Assembly (NCBI GenBank): GCA_015228785.1
Contig: JADGCU010000001.1
Location: 1,846 to 65,845, forward strand
Origin: Candidatus Omnitrophota bacterium
GTDB taxonomy: Bacteria; Omnitrophota; Gorgyraeia; Zapsychrales; Fredricksoniimonadaceae
Length of the DNA stretch: 64,000 bases
Reading direction: 5' to 3'
Positions 49,763 to 59,903 of this stretch are shown here, piece by piece (positions within the stretch are counted from its first letter, which is position 1; the number at the start of each line of letters is the position of its first letter). The translations under genes and the position numbers were made by a program. Below the pieces are notes generated by a model, which did not search any database, had not been told where the DNA came from, and was given only the letters and a program-made list of their open reading frames with translations.

Positions 49763-51216
49763 AAGGTTTTCACCAAAACATCAACGGTATGTTTTTGGAA
49801 GTCCAAGATCGCATCAGGATAAAACCCGACAATAAGGACAAGAATTAATAAAGGCATAATCACTGCCACTTCCCCCATGCTCATGTCAGACCAGACGACA
49901 CCTTCCTTAGGCTTTCCCCACAGCACTTTTTTAACCATGACCAAAAAGAGGACAACGACGGCGATAAGGCCGATCGCAGAAATAATGGCCAGTTTTGGAA
50001 ATGTTATAAAAATACCAGCTAAGGATAGGAATTCTCCCACAAATCCGCTGAGGCCTGGTAATCCCAGAGATGCCAAGGCCATAAAAGTCAGGAAAAATGC
50101 ATACCTGGGCATTGTCGAGGCCAATCCCCCAAAAGCCGAAAATTCACGCGTATGAGACCGCTCATAAACCACCCCAACTAGAAGGAACATCGCGCCAGTA
50201 ATGATACCGTGATTGAACATCTCAAGGATGCTGCCATTAAATCCCGTGCTGTTCATCGCCGCAAGGCCCAGCAAGACAAATCCCATATGACTAACGGATG
50301 AATAGGCGATCAGCTTTTTGAAGTCCGTCTGCGCAAAAGCAGCGCATGCTCCATAGATCAAATTAACAGCCCCCAGAACTCCTAGAGACCAGGCGAACAT
50401 AGCCACAGCTTCAGGAAAGAATGGCACACAAACGCGAAAGAGTCCGTATGTCCCCATTTTAAGAAGAACGCCTGCCAGGATCACGCTCACAGGGGTCGGC
50501 GCTTCCACGTGCGCATCGGGCAACCAGGTGTGAAAAGGAAACACAGGAACCTTGATGGCAAATGCAAAAAAGAACATGAGAAAGAGTATGGCCTGAAGCG
50601 TCCTACTCAAGAGTGGCGATGAATACGCCAGTTCCAACATATTAAAAGTATGTGGAGTTGAAAGAAAATAGATCCCGATGATTGCCAGGAGCATCACGAC
50701 CGAACCTGCCAATGTATAAAAGAAAAACTTCCAGGCCGCATATTCCCGGCGAGGTCCACCCCATATTCCAATTAAAAAAAACATGGGGATCAGGACTGTT
50801 TCCCAAAAGATATAAAAAACCACAAGATCCAGGGCAAGGAATGTTCCCAGCATGCCGGTCATCAGGATCTGATAGACAATGAAATATTCCTTAATTCTTG
50901 ATTTGATCGTGTTGGATGCCAGGCAGGCCAGAAATCCCAGCAAAGCGGTCAAAAAGACTAAGGCCAGGCTGATCCCGTCCACCCCGACTGTGTAGTGAAT
51001 GCCGGCCTGAGGGATCCAGGGATGTGTTTCCGTAAACTGCATGCTGCCACTCGTACGGTCAAAAAGAAGGCATAGCACACCAACGACCATGAGAACAGCA
51101 GCATTAAAAGCAATCGCGGTCATGCGAATGATCTTATCGCAATTGCCCGGGATCAAGGCCACTACCAAAGCGCCAAGAAGCGGAAGAAAAATAATAGTTG
51201 TTAAAAGATACGGCAT
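49759..51216 (-). CDS. nuoM: NADH-quinone oxidoreductase subunit M
   Basis: Antiporter-like subunit with FPFHTWLPDAHVEAPT. Confidence 0.9.
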   Translation of the reverse strand: MPYLLTTIIFLPLLGALVVALIPGNCDKIIRMTAIAFNAAVLMVVGVLCLLFDRTSGSMQFTETHPWIPQAGIHYTVGVDGISLALVFLTALLGFLACLASNTIKSRIKEYFIVYQILMTGMLGTFLALDLVVFYIFWETVLIPMFFLIGIWGGPRREYAAWKFFFYTLAGSVVMLLAIIGIYFLSTPHTFNMLELAYSSPLLSRTLQAILFLMFFFAFAIKVPVFPFHTWLPDAHVEAPTPVSVILAGVLLKMGTYGLFRVCVPFFPEAVAMFAWSLGVLGAVNLIYGACAAFAQTDFKKLIAYSSVSHMGFVLLGLAAMNSTGFNGSILEMFNHGIITGAMFLLVGVVYERSHTREFSAFGGLASTMPRYAFFLTFMALASLGLPGLSGFVGEFLSLAGIFITFPKLAIISAIGLIAVVVLFLVMVKKVLWGKPKEGVVWSDMSMGEVAVIMPLLILVLIVGFYPDAILDFQKHTVDVLVKTL

Positions 51217-53039
51217 AATTTTCCTAAAATAAACAATAGGAGCGCCAGTACTCCACCTGCCTGCATTAAGAGATAATTTTCAACAAGACCTGTTTGAAGG
51301 CGTTTTACTGCCTGAGCACAAAAAGCCACAATAGTAGAAACGCCATTGACAGCGCCATCAATGTGCAACTGATCAAATCTTTTCATGGCCTCACAGATTT
51401 TGTGAAAAGTCTGAACAAAAACAACATCATAAAGCTCATCAACGTAATATTTGTTTTCAACTAGGCGAATAAACCAGTTTCTACAGGGACAGTCTGACCC
51501 GGGAAGTTTGAATCCTTTGACAATAAGGAGATACGCTAGCCCTATTCCCGAAAGGCTTAATGCGGTCGAAAAGACGATCATTCCGTAATTCAAATGAACG
51601 GCCTCTTCCCCTCCCGTAAGGAAGTTTTGAAAAGCGCCGTGACACCAGGGCGACCCGATGAACCCTAGGCCAGCGGCAAAGACTGCAAGGATAACAAGAG
51701 GGAACGTCATCACGGCTGGAGATTCATGCGCATGGGTTTCTGTCCTAGGCTCTCCCAAGAATGTCAGGAAGATGACCCTGGCCATATAAAACGCTGTGAG
51801 GAAACTCGTAAGAACAGCAGCTCCGAACAGCAAAGGATTTCCGCTTTGCCAGAGGGTGATGAATATTTCATCCTTTGACCAGAAGCCGGACAAGGGCATG
51901 ATCCCTGCCAATGCCAGGGCGCCAATGATAAAAGTAACCCCCGTGATCTTCATCTTATGGATCAACCCGCCCATCTGACGGATGTCCTGTGTATGAACCG
52001 CATGGATCACTGATCCAGCACCCAAGAAGAGCAATGCCTTAAAGAACGCATGTGTCATCAAGTGGAATGTTCCAGCAGTAAAACCACCAGCGCCAAGCGC
52101 GAGCATCATCAGCCCCAGTTGACTGACCGTTGAGTACGCGAGAACTTTCTTGATATCATTCGCTGTGCAGGCAATAGAAGCCGCCATTATCGCTGAGATC
52201 GCACCGATAATCGCTACCGTTTGAAGCGCGAGCGGATGCATCGCAAAAAGTACATAAGACCTGGCCACAAGATAAACACCGGCAGCGACCATGGTCGCCG
52301 CATGAATCAAGGCAGAAACTGATGTAGGGCCTTCCATGGCATCAGGAAGCCATACGTGTAAAGGAAACTGAGCAGATTTACCCATGGCACCCAAAAAGAT
52401 CAACAGCGCTGCGACGGCCATCAATATTTCAGATCCCGGAAGACTTCCCATGTCAGCAAAACGAAGTGAGTGCCCCGTCGCCAGAAGGATCAAAATACCG
52501 ATCAATAAACCTGTGTCTCCTATTCGTGTTGTCACGAAAGCCTTCACGCCTGCGGCGGCTGCGGCCGGTTTTTCATACCAGAAGGCGACCAAGAGGCATG
52601 AGCACAATCCCACCCCCTCCCAAAAGATATAAAGCATCAGTAGATTATCAGCTAAAACGAGCCCCAGCATGGACGACATAAAAAGAGAAATATAAGCAAA
52701 GTATCTTGAAAATCGGATATCCCCGCCCATATATCCGATCGAATAGATCTGGATCAGCGTGCCTACGATCGTAACGACCAAAAGCATCATGACGGTCAAA
52801 CTGTCGACAATAATTCCAAGAGTAATCGGATGATCATGGATCGTAATCCAGGTTGCAAGTTCATAGGAGCCGCCCCCAGGCTTAAGCCCCATGAAGACCA
52901 GGATGGCCAGGACTGTTGAAATGAGTGACGCTCCGACTGACACATAAGCTGATCCTCTGCCAAGCCTCCGGCCAAAGGCTATATTGAGCCAAAACGCAAG
53001 GAACGGGAAAACTGGGATCAAGTGAGCAATATTTACCAT
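51201..53039 (-). CDS. nuoL: NADH-quinone oxidoreductase subunit L
   Basis: 612 aa, with QFPLHVWLPDAMEGPTSVSALIHAATMV and a C-terminal lateral-helix extension. Confidence 0.9.
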   Translation of the reverse strand: MVNIAHLIPVFPFLAFWLNIAFGRRLGRGSAYVSVGASLISTVLAILVFMGLKPGGGSYELATWITIHDHPITLGIIVDSLTVMMLLVVTIVGTLIQIYSIGYMGGDIRFSRYFAYISLFMSSMLGLVLADNLLMLYIFWEGVGLCSCLLVAFWYEKPAAAAAGVKAFVTTRIGDTGLLIGILILLATGHSLRFADMGSLPGSEILMAVAALLIFLGAMGKSAQFPLHVWLPDAMEGPTSVSALIHAATMVAAGVYLVARSYVLFAMHPLALQTVAIIGAISAIMAASIACTANDIKKVLAYSTVSQLGLMMLALGAGGFTAGTFHLMTHAFFKALLFLGAGSVIHAVHTQDIRQMGGLIHKMKITGVTFIIGALALAGIMPLSGFWSKDEIFITLWQSGNPLLFGAAVLTSFLTAFYMARVIFLTFLGEPRTETHAHESPAVMTFPLVILAVFAAGLGFIGSPWCHGAFQNFLTGGEEAVHLNYGMIVFSTALSLSGIGLAYLLIVKGFKLPGSDCPCRNWFIRLVENKYYVDELYDVVFVQTFHKICEAMKRFDQLHIDGAVNGVSTIVAFCAQAVKRLQTGLVENYLLMQAGGVLALLLFILGKLCRIF

Positions 53040-53341
53040 TTCAACGTATTAAAATCGTCCGTATTAACAGATTTTCTTAATCGATACACCGCAATCACAA
53101 GGATAAGCCCCACAACACTTGCGGCGGCGGCCACGCCGATAACAAAAAGGGCAAACACCTGTCCCAAACCATCAGGCGACCCCAAATATTTATTAAAAGC
53201 GATCAAATTAATATTTGCGGCGTTCAGGATTAGCTCAACCGAAATCAGAAACCGTATGGCATTGCGTTGTGTGAGGACGCCGTACACGCCGACACAAAAA
53301 AGAAAAAGACTTAACGCCACAATATGTCCAAGGGGGATCAT
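53033..53341 (-). CDS. nuoK: NADH-quinone oxidoreductase subunit K
   Basis: 102 aa with 3 TM helices, and ISVELILNAANINL. Confidence 0.9.
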   Translation of the reverse strand: MIPLGHIVALSLFLFCVGVYGVLTQRNAIRFLISVELILNAANINLIAFNKYLGSPDGLGQVFALFVIGVAAAASVVGLILVIAVYRLRKSVNTDDFNTLKW

Positions 53342-53826
53342 TTCTTCACCTTTCCGATCACAACAGCCCCGACCAGCGCTGCGAGAAGCAAAAGCGAGAT
53401 GAATTCAAAAGGAACAACATAGCTCGTGACCAATGATGTGCCAATGGTCTTTAGATCTGTCACGGGGCTACCTGCCTGAAGGCGCATCCAAGGGCCATCC
53501 ATAACGACCTTGCCCAGGACAACGAAAAGCGTTGCCGCGATCAAAAGTCCTGGCCAGAATTGACGATTGACCTGACTGATCGACCGATCCCCTATTTTAG
53601 CGGTCAGCATGATCGCAAAGACAAAAAGGGCCATAATGCCGCCGACATAAACAAGGATCTGAATAACACCCAGAAAACCCGCATCCAGATAGAAGTAAAG
53701 AAAAGCAATGCTGATGAGTGTTAGAGCAAGCCAGATCGCCCCATGAAAAATATCTCGAACGGTTACGCTCAAAAGAGCCCCCGCGCCAACCAAGAAAGCA
53801 ATGATGTAAAAGACGGCCTCGTTCAT
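53338..53826 (-). CDS. nuoJ: NADH-quinone oxidoreductase subunit J
   Basis: 162-aa membrane protein with LGVIQILVYVGGIMALFVFAIM. Confidence 0.85.
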   Translation of the reverse strand: MNEAVFYIIAFLVGAGALLSVTVRDIFHGAIWLALTLISIAFLYFYLDAGFLGVIQILVYVGGIMALFVFAIMLTAKIGDRSISQVNRQFWPGLLIAATLFVVLGKVVMDGPWMRLQAGSPVTDLKTIGTSLVTSYVVPFEFISLLLLAALVGAVVIGKVKK

Positions 53827-54281
53827 TTCTTCAATCCCTTTACCTTGGGCGGAGTCAAGTGCTGATACTTGTCCGCTTTAAGAAGGTCAATCTTTGTGAG
53901 GTCTCCGTGCTTGTAATACGCGACCTCATAACACTTGTTCAAATACATAGCTGCTGTGGGGCAAACTTCCTGACATAAACCGCAAAAACAGCACAGCTCG
54001 CCATTATAAGAGAAAGCGCCAAGGAATCTCTTTTTGGTCTCAGGATTAGTCGTCGCTGTAAGGTCAAGAGCTGCTGTGGGACAAATTTTAACACATTGTG
54101 AACAGGCGATACATTTCTCTGGATATAGATCAACCAATCCACGGAATTTCTCAGTCATGACTGGTTTTTCAAAAGGATATTGAATTGTCACCGGTTTCTT
54201 GAGCATATTCTTTCCGGTCACGGCAAGCCCTTTCAGGATGCTGATAAAGCCTGCCACAATATCATTGATCTTGCTTAACAT
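53823..54281 (-). CDS. nuoI: NADH-quinone oxidoreductase subunit I
   Basis: Two 4Fe-4S ferredoxin motifs, CIACSQCVKICP and CCFCGLCQEVCP. Confidence 0.9.
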   Translation of the reverse strand: MLSKINDIVAGFISILKGLAVTGKNMLKKPVTIQYPFEKPVMTEKFRGLVDLYPEKCIACSQCVKICPTAALDLTATTNPETKKRFLGAFSYNGELCCFCGLCQEVCPTAAMYLNKCYEVAYYKHGDLTKIDLLKADKYQHLTPPKVKGLKK

Positions 54282-54283
54282 AA

Positions 54284-55255
54284 TTAACCTTTAAGGACCA
54301 GCAACAACCCGGTTACTAGAATATTGACAAGCGCGATGGGCGTTAAAATTTTCCAGGCAAAGGCCATCATCTGATCCATCCTCACACGAGGCAAGGTCCA
54401 TCTGACCCACATTAAAAAGCTGATGATCCCATACACCTTAAGCAGGAACCATACCGCTGATGGACGAAAGAATCCGATCCATCCTCCCAGGAAAAGGGTT
54501 GCGGCGACCGCAGAAATGATGAAAAGATTTGCGTATTCTGCTAAAAAGAACATCGCGAATTTCATTCCTGAATATTCTGTATGATAACCGGAAACAAGCT
54601 CTGATTCAGCCTCAGGGATATCAAAAGGAACTCGATTTACTTCCGCAGTTGCGGAAATAAGATAAACAAGAAAAGCAACCATCACATTAGGCTTGAGGAG
54701 AAAAAGCCCCGCCTCCTGAGCATGAACAATTCCCTGCATAGACAAGGTCCCTGCTTCCATAATAATGACGAGAACTGACAAAAGAAGCGGCACCTCATAA
54801 CTGATGATCTGCGCTGCGGCGCGCATGCCTCCAAGAAGCGAATACTTGTTATTCGATCCCCAGCCGGCCATGAAAACGCCCAGAACGCAGACAGAGGTAA
54901 TAGAGCAGATGAAAAGAACACCTACATTTAAATCTCGCACGATCCAGACATTGCTGAACGGAACACACAGGAATGCGGCAATCGTGGGCACCGCCACAAA
55001 GAACGGAGCCAGCCACCAGACAAAACGATCCGCGCTGCTCGGGACAATGTTCTCTTTTAAAAGAAGTTTCACCGTATCGGCAATAAGTTGTAAAGATCCA
55101 TGTGGCCCAACGACCATGGGGCCCAGACGATTTTGGACCTTGGCCGAGACCTTTCGTTCAAGCCAGATCAGGAACATGGCATTGACCGCAAAAAAGGCCA
55201 GGATATAAACCCCTTTTACCACAAGGAACACAAGGTCGATCAAGGGATAATTCAT
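54284..55255 (-). CDS. nuoH: NADH-quinone oxidoreductase subunit H
   Basis: ERKVSAKVQNRLGP and EVNRVPFDIPEAESELVSGYHTEYSG. Confidence 0.9.
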   Translation of the reverse strand: MNYPLIDLVFLVVKGVYILAFFAVNAMFLIWLERKVSAKVQNRLGPMVVGPHGSLQLIADTVKLLLKENIVPSSADRFVWWLAPFFVAVPTIAAFLCVPFSNVWIVRDLNVGVLFICSITSVCVLGVFMAGWGSNNKYSLLGGMRAAAQIISYEVPLLLSVLVIIMEAGTLSMQGIVHAQEAGLFLLKPNVMVAFLVYLISATAEVNRVPFDIPEAESELVSGYHTEYSGMKFAMFFLAEYANLFIISAVAATLFLGGWIGFFRPSAVWFLLKVYGIISFLMWVRWTLPRVRMDQMMAFAWKILTPIALVNILVTGLLLVLKG

Positions 55256-56346
55256 CGGTCGATCTCCCCCATCACGATATCCAAACTTCCCAAAACACAG
55301 ACCAAATCCGAAATGTTCAACCCCTTGACTAAATGAGAGATCACGGAAAGATTGGAAAATGAAGGTGAGCGCACCTTAAGCCTGTAAGGAAAAGGATTCC
55401 CGTCGCCTACGATATAAAATCCCAACTCTCCCCTGGGATTTTCGGTCCGCATATAGGTCTCTCCTGTAGGACGAAAGACCTTGTTGACCTTGGCCACAGG
55501 ATCTCCTTCGGGAAGCGCCCCAAGCGCCTGCTCAATGATCTTCAGGCTCTCTTCCATCTCGACCATTCGCACATAGTAGCGGTCAAAGGAATCGCCATTC
55601 TGGCCTGTCGGGATATTAAAATCAAATTTATCATAAGCCAGATACGGCTCGTCTTTGCGCAAGTCCCACTTGACACCTGAGGCCCGCAGGCTGGTTCCGG
55701 TCACGCCATAATTGATCGCCAATTCTTTGGGAAGGATCCCGATCTTCTTGGATCGCACACAAAAAATAATATTTCCCGTCAGAAGATCCTGATATTCGGC
55801 CAACATCCGCCGTTCATAACTGATAAAATCCTTGATCAACAGATCCACACCAACAGGAATATCTCCCGAAACCCCTCCCACGCGCAAATAATTGTAGGTC
55901 AAGCGTTGACCGCAAAGCTGGTCAAATATCTGTAAGATCTTTTCACGATCACGCAGGGCGTAAAATAAAGGGGTCGCGTACGCTCCCAAGTCCTGCGCAA
56001 AGGTGCTGATCGCAAGCAAATGGCTGGCGATGCGATTCAATTCAGCAACGATCACTCTGATATATTGTGCTCGGGGTGGGGCTGTAATCCCCAGAAGTTT
56101 TTCTGCAGCCAAACAAAAACCGAGATTGTTATTCATCGAAGCCATGTAATCAAGCCGGTCCGTAAAAGCAATGAATTGGGTCAAAGAACGGTTTTCCGCA
56201 ATCTTTTCGATAGAGCGGTGAAGATATCCGATATGCGGCTGGCAATCAAGGACCACTTCTCCATTCAGCTTCAGCTGTAAATACAATACCCCATGCGTCG
56301 AGGGGTGTTGTGGGCCCATATTGATGATCAATTCCTGGAGTTCCAT
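55252..56346 (-). CDS. nuoD: NADH-quinone oxidoreductase subunit D
   Basis: NMGPQHPSTHGVL, and the C-terminal LGSLDIVMGEIDR. Confidence 0.95.
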   Translation of the reverse strand: MELQELIINMGPQHPSTHGVLYLQLKLNGEVVLDCQPHIGYLHRSIEKIAENRSLTQFIAFTDRLDYMASMNNNLGFCLAAEKLLGITAPPRAQYIRVIVAELNRIASHLLAISTFAQDLGAYATPLFYALRDREKILQIFDQLCGQRLTYNYLRVGGVSGDIPVGVDLLIKDFISYERRMLAEYQDLLTGNIIFCVRSKKIGILPKELAINYGVTGTSLRASGVKWDLRKDEPYLAYDKFDFNIPTGQNGDSFDRYYVRMVEMEESLKIIEQALGALPEGDPVAKVNKVFRPTGETYMRTENPRGELGFYIVGDGNPFPYRLKVRSPSFSNLSVISHLVKGLNISDLVCVLGSLDIVMGEIDR

Positions 56347-56350
56347 AGCC

Positions 56351-56803
56351 TCACTTCACTGGCCTGGGAATGAACCCAGCCATTTTAAAGTCCTTACGCA
56401 AGGGATGATCTGTCCAGCTGTCTGGATTCATGATACGACGTAAATCATGATGATTTTGAAAGCGTACGCCAAAAAGATCGTAAACTTCACGCTCGAGCCA
56501 GTCCGCTGCGCCCCATAAAGGCGTCAAGGAATCAATGACAAGATCAGCATTGGGAAGGATCACTTTTACGGTCAACATGATGCGCTGTTTAAAAGAATAA
56601 AAGTGATAAACAACTTCGACAGTTTCTTTACGGTCAACAGCTGTCAGACAATGGAGACTTGAGAATTCTGACGGACCATCCTTAAGAAAACGGGCCACAT
56701 CGATCAGGTTCTCTTTGTTGATAGTCACCCATCCCGGCGTCTGTTCAGCCACAGCACCTGGAAAACGGTCCTTAATGCTTTGAATAATAGCTGCGGTATC
56801 CAA
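56351..56803 (-). CDS. nuoC: NADH-quinone oxidoreductase subunit C
   Basis: LWGAADWLEREVYDLFGVRF. I chose TTG 56803, just after the nuoB stop; the track ORF extends upstream into nuoB. Confidence 0.85.
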   Translation of the reverse strand: MDTAAIIQSIKDRFPGAVAEQTPGWVTINKENLIDVARFLKDGPSEFSSLHCLTAVDRKETVEVVYHFYSFKQRIMLTVKVILPNADLVIDSLTPLWGAADWLEREVYDLFGVRFQNHHDLRRIMNPDSWTDHPLRKDFKMAGFIPRPVK

Positions 56804-56804
56804 A

Positions 56805-57320
56805 TTAAGCCGTCTTTCCCTGTTTGCTTCTAATCTTTTCCTGGAGTTTAATGATCCCATGAAGAAGATTCTCGGGACGCGGCGGGCACCCGGCCACAAA
56901 GACATCCACAGGAATCCCCGTCTCTTCAACCCCTTTTACTACGGAATAACTGTCGTGATAGAAAATTCCACCGCTGATGGCGCAATTGCCCATGGCAATA
57001 ACATATTTGGGTTCAGGCATCTGGTCATAAAGTCTTTTGATCGTTTCCTTCATCTTGATACAAATCGTACCCGAGACGATCATGACATCGCACTGGCGTG
57101 GACTGGCTCGAAAAACACCGGAACCAAACCGGTCAATATCAAAATGTGATGCGCCGGTTGCCATCATCTCGATCGCGCAGCAGGCGAGCCCAAAGGTTAA
57201 CGGCCACAAGGAGGCCCCTTTAGCCCAATTAAAAAGGTCATCTGTTCTGGCCAGGACAAACCCACCGCCAGGGACTTTCTCAATATATTCTGAACCCAGG
57301 ATCTTCTCGTTTACAGCCAT
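56805..57320 (-). CDS. nuoB: NADH-quinone oxidoreductase subunit B
   Basis: [18 protein letters not shown] and GCPPRPE (N2 cluster ligands). Start is at ATG 57320 (MAVNEKILG). Confidence 0.9.
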   Translation of the reverse strand: MAVNEKILGSEYIEKVPGGGFVLARTDDLFNWAKGASLWPLTFGLACCAIEMMATGASHFDIDRFGSGVFRASPRQCDVMIVSGTICIKMKETIKRLYDQMPEPKYVIAMGNCAISGGIFYHDSYSVVKGVEETGIPVDVFVAGCPPRPENLLHGIIKLQEKIRSKQGKTA

Positions 57321-57667
57321 TCCAGGGCTCCTTTCTTCCAGGCATAGACAAGGCCGAGCGCTAAAACGCCGATAAAAATGACCATTTCCACATAGGCCGT
57401 CATGCCCAACTGCCGAAAGACAACGGCCCATGGCACGGTAAACAGTATTTCCACGTCAAAGATGACGAAGATAAGAGTGACAAGATAGTAACGAATATTG
57501 AATTGTACGCGGGAATCGCCGTGGATCACTTCCCCGCATTCGTAAGGAGAATTCTTCGCAACAGAAGGCGCGCGAGGCCTTAGAAACCAGGATGCCGCAA
57601 AAGCAGCGGCTACGAACCCAGTCCCTAAAATAAAGAAGAAAATAACGTATAGATGATCAGGAAGCAT
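57311..57667 (-). CDS. nuoA: NADH-quinone oxidoreductase subunit A
   Basis: 118 aa with 3 TM helices, and YECGE...FIIFDVE-like motifs ([17 protein letters not shown]). Confidence 0.9.
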   Translation of the reverse strand: MLPDHLYVIFFFILGTGFVAAAFAASWFLRPRAPSVAKNSPYECGEVIHGDSRVQFNIRYYLVTLIFVIFDVEILFTVPWAVVFRQLGMTAYVEMVIFIGVLALGLVYAWKKGALEWL

Positions 57668-57709
57668 AGGACTTAATATAGACCAAATTTGAAAAGAAAA
57701 AAAGGATTC

Positions 57710-58981
57710 TTAAAACTTCTTTTCTGCTGCTTTGAGCGTAATCTTGGCATCCCTATCCGTATGGCTGAAAGATAAAAACTGCGCCTCAAATTGTGACGGC
57801 GGAAGATTTATGCCTGTTTCAAGCATGGACCAGAAATACTTAGAATATTTTTTGGTATCAGAGACTTTTGCGGTTTCGAAATCCTTGACCGCTTCTGGCG
57901 AAAAAAAGACCGTAAACAGAGAGCCTGCACGATTGATCGTGACCGGAATCTTATTGTGTGAAAATCTTTCCCTCAGGCCAGCGCATAAGGATTCCGCCCT
58001 CTTGCTTAGCCCTGCATAATCCTTACCCTTTAATGCCTTCATCACGGCTAAACCCGCGGCAACAGCCACAGGATTTCCGGAAAGAGTGCCTGCCTGATAC
58101 ACCTGACCATCAGGGGCAATGCATTCCATAATTTCTTTCTTTCCGCCGTAAGCTCCGATCGGAAGTCCTCCGCCAATGATCTTTCCCAGGCAGGTCAGAT
58201 CAGGCGTGATCTTTTGTAAAGTTTGTACACCACCGAAATGGAAGCGAAATCCGGTGATGACCTCATCAAAAATAAGGACAATGCCCTGTTGTAGCGTAAG
58301 CGCCCTGACTTCCTTGAGAAACGCAGGATCAGGCTCGACAACACCCATATTCGCCGCAATAGGCTCAATGATCACGCAAGCGATCTCCTGAGGATGTTGA
58401 AGAAGGATCTTTCGAAAGGCTTCCCTGTCATTATAGGGGCATACAATTGTATCCCGACTGAGAGATCTTGTTACGCCAGCACTTCCAGGGATACCCTGTG
58501 TTGCTGCGCCAGATCCAGCCTTAACCAAAAGACTATCGCAATGGCCGTGATAACAGCCGTCGAACTTGATGATCTTGTCGCGTCCTGTAAACCCGCGACT
58601 TACGCGGATCGCACTCATGGTCGCCTCTGTGCCGGAACTCACAAACCGTAATTTTTCAATGGACGGGATGGCTTTCGTGATCACTTCCGCTAGATCCGTC
58701 TCTGCCTTTGTCGGTGCTCCAAAACTCGAACCCGATCCTGCGGCCTTAGAAACAGCGGCCACCACCTCAGGAACAGCATGACCAAGGATCAAAGCTCCCC
58801 AACTCATGACATAATCAATATACGAATTTCCATCTTCATCCGTGATTTTGGCGCCTTTTCCTTTCTTGATAAACAAAGGGCTTCCGCCAACAGAACCAAA
58901 AGCTCTTACAGGACTGTTGACCCCGCCAGGAAAATAACGAAGCGCTTGTTGAAATAGTTTCTTAGACTGGACATGATTCAT
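57710..58981 (-). CDS. hemL: glutamate-1-semialdehyde 2,1-aminomutase
   Basis: PGGVNSPVRAF, FDEVITGFR and the PLP-lysine context LGKIIGGGLP. Confidence 0.95.
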   Translation of the reverse strand: MNHVQSKKLFQQALRYFPGGVNSPVRAFGSVGGSPLFIKKGKGAKITDEDGNSYIDYVMSWGALILGHAVPEVVAAVSKAAGSGSSFGAPTKAETDLAEVITKAIPSIEKLRFVSSGTEATMSAIRVSRGFTGRDKIIKFDGCYHGHCDSLLVKAGSGAATQGIPGSAGVTRSLSRDTIVCPYNDREAFRKILLQHPQEIACVIIEPIAANMGVVEPDPAFLKEVRALTLQQGIVLIFDEVITGFRFHFGGVQTLQKITPDLTCLGKIIGGGLPIGAYGGKKEIMECIAPDGQVYQAGTLSGNPVAVAAGLAVMKALKGKDYAGLSKRAESLCAGLRERFSHNKIPVTINRAGSLFTVFFSPEAVKDFETAKVSDTKKYSKYFWSMLETGINLPPSQFEAQFLSFSHTDRDAKITLKAAEKKF

Positions 58982-59451
58982 GAGAGGATCTCCCTAAGAT
59001 CGCTTTTGATCTTCTTGAATTCCTTGAGCGTTGATAACTTCTTGTATTCTTGAAGGCCGGCCTTTGAAGCCATTTGACGAATGGTTGCCTGGGCTTCCTT
59101 ATCGCTTTTGGCATGGACCATGGTGTAAAGGTTATAGGGCCACTGAGGGTATGACTGACGAGCGTAACAATGCGTGACGGCAGAAAACCCCGCGAAGATC
59201 TTTCCCGTATTCTCTAGGTCCGATTCAGCCACCTTCCAGACCACTAAGGCATTGGCACTGAAGCCCATCTTAAAATGGCCATAAACAATGCCGAGACGTC
59301 GGATGATCCCTTCCTCCTGATACTGCGCGATCTGATCGATCAGTTTCATCTCACTGATACCGATCTTCTTGGCAACCAAAGCATATGGCTCAGGTACAAG
59401 CGCAAAAGGTTCGCTTAAGGCAAAGAGAATTTTTCGGGACACCTTATTCAT
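58978..59451 (-). CDS. AsnC/Lrp-like siroheme decarboxylase subunit (AhbA/AhbB or NirDL/GH type)
   Basis: 157 aa, an HTH plus RAM-like domain, paired with a paralog. Conserved THCYAR...WPYNLYTMVHA. Confidence 0.75.
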   Translation of the reverse strand: MNKVSRKILFALSEPFALVPEPYALVAKKIGISEMKLIDQIAQYQEEGIIRRLGIVYGHFKMGFSANALVVWKVAESDLENTGKIFAGFSAVTHCYARQSYPQWPYNLYTMVHAKSDKEAQATIRQMASKAGLQEYKKLSTLKEFKKIKSDLREILS

Positions 59452-59894
59452 AGATCAAACACCGCCCGGCTTTTAAAAACTTTTCTCGTTTTTAAATTGA
59501 GCATATCTTCGACGCCGCTCTTGTTCCGTATCTCTTTGAGGATCGTATTCATCCTGCGTTCAGACGCAGCGCTAACCGTGAACCAGACATTATAATCATC
59601 AGCCCGAAGATAATTATGGCTTATATTCGGATAGGCATTGATCACCTTGACCGTCTTTGTGATCTTTTTCTCAGGAACACGCATCGCGATCAAACTCGAG
59701 ACAATGCCAAGTTTTCTCATATCAAACATCGGAGCCATGTAGCGGAGAACCTTGTCTTTTTTGCAACGCTTAAAGAAAGTGATCATTTCCTTTTCCGAGA
59801 TCCCCGCCTGATCAGCAAGAACCGCAAAAGGCCGAGATGCCAAAGGAAATTCTGGCTGAAGTTTTTTGATCACCGCTTTATCTTTAGAGGTCAT
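59448..59894 (-). CDS. AsnC/Lrp-like siroheme decarboxylase subunit (AhbA/AhbB type)
   Basis: 148 aa with FPLASRPFAVLADQAGISE and ISHNYLR...YNVWFTV. It overlaps the paralog by 4 nt. Confidence 0.75.
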   Translation of the reverse strand: MTSKDKAVIKKLQPEFPLASRPFAVLADQAGISEKEMITFFKRCKKDKVLRYMAPMFDMRKLGIVSSLIAMRVPEKKITKTVKVINAYPNISHNYLRADDYNVWFTVSAASERRMNTILKEIRNKSGVEDMLNLKTRKVFKSRAVFDL

Positions 59895-59903
59895 CGTCTA
59901 CTT

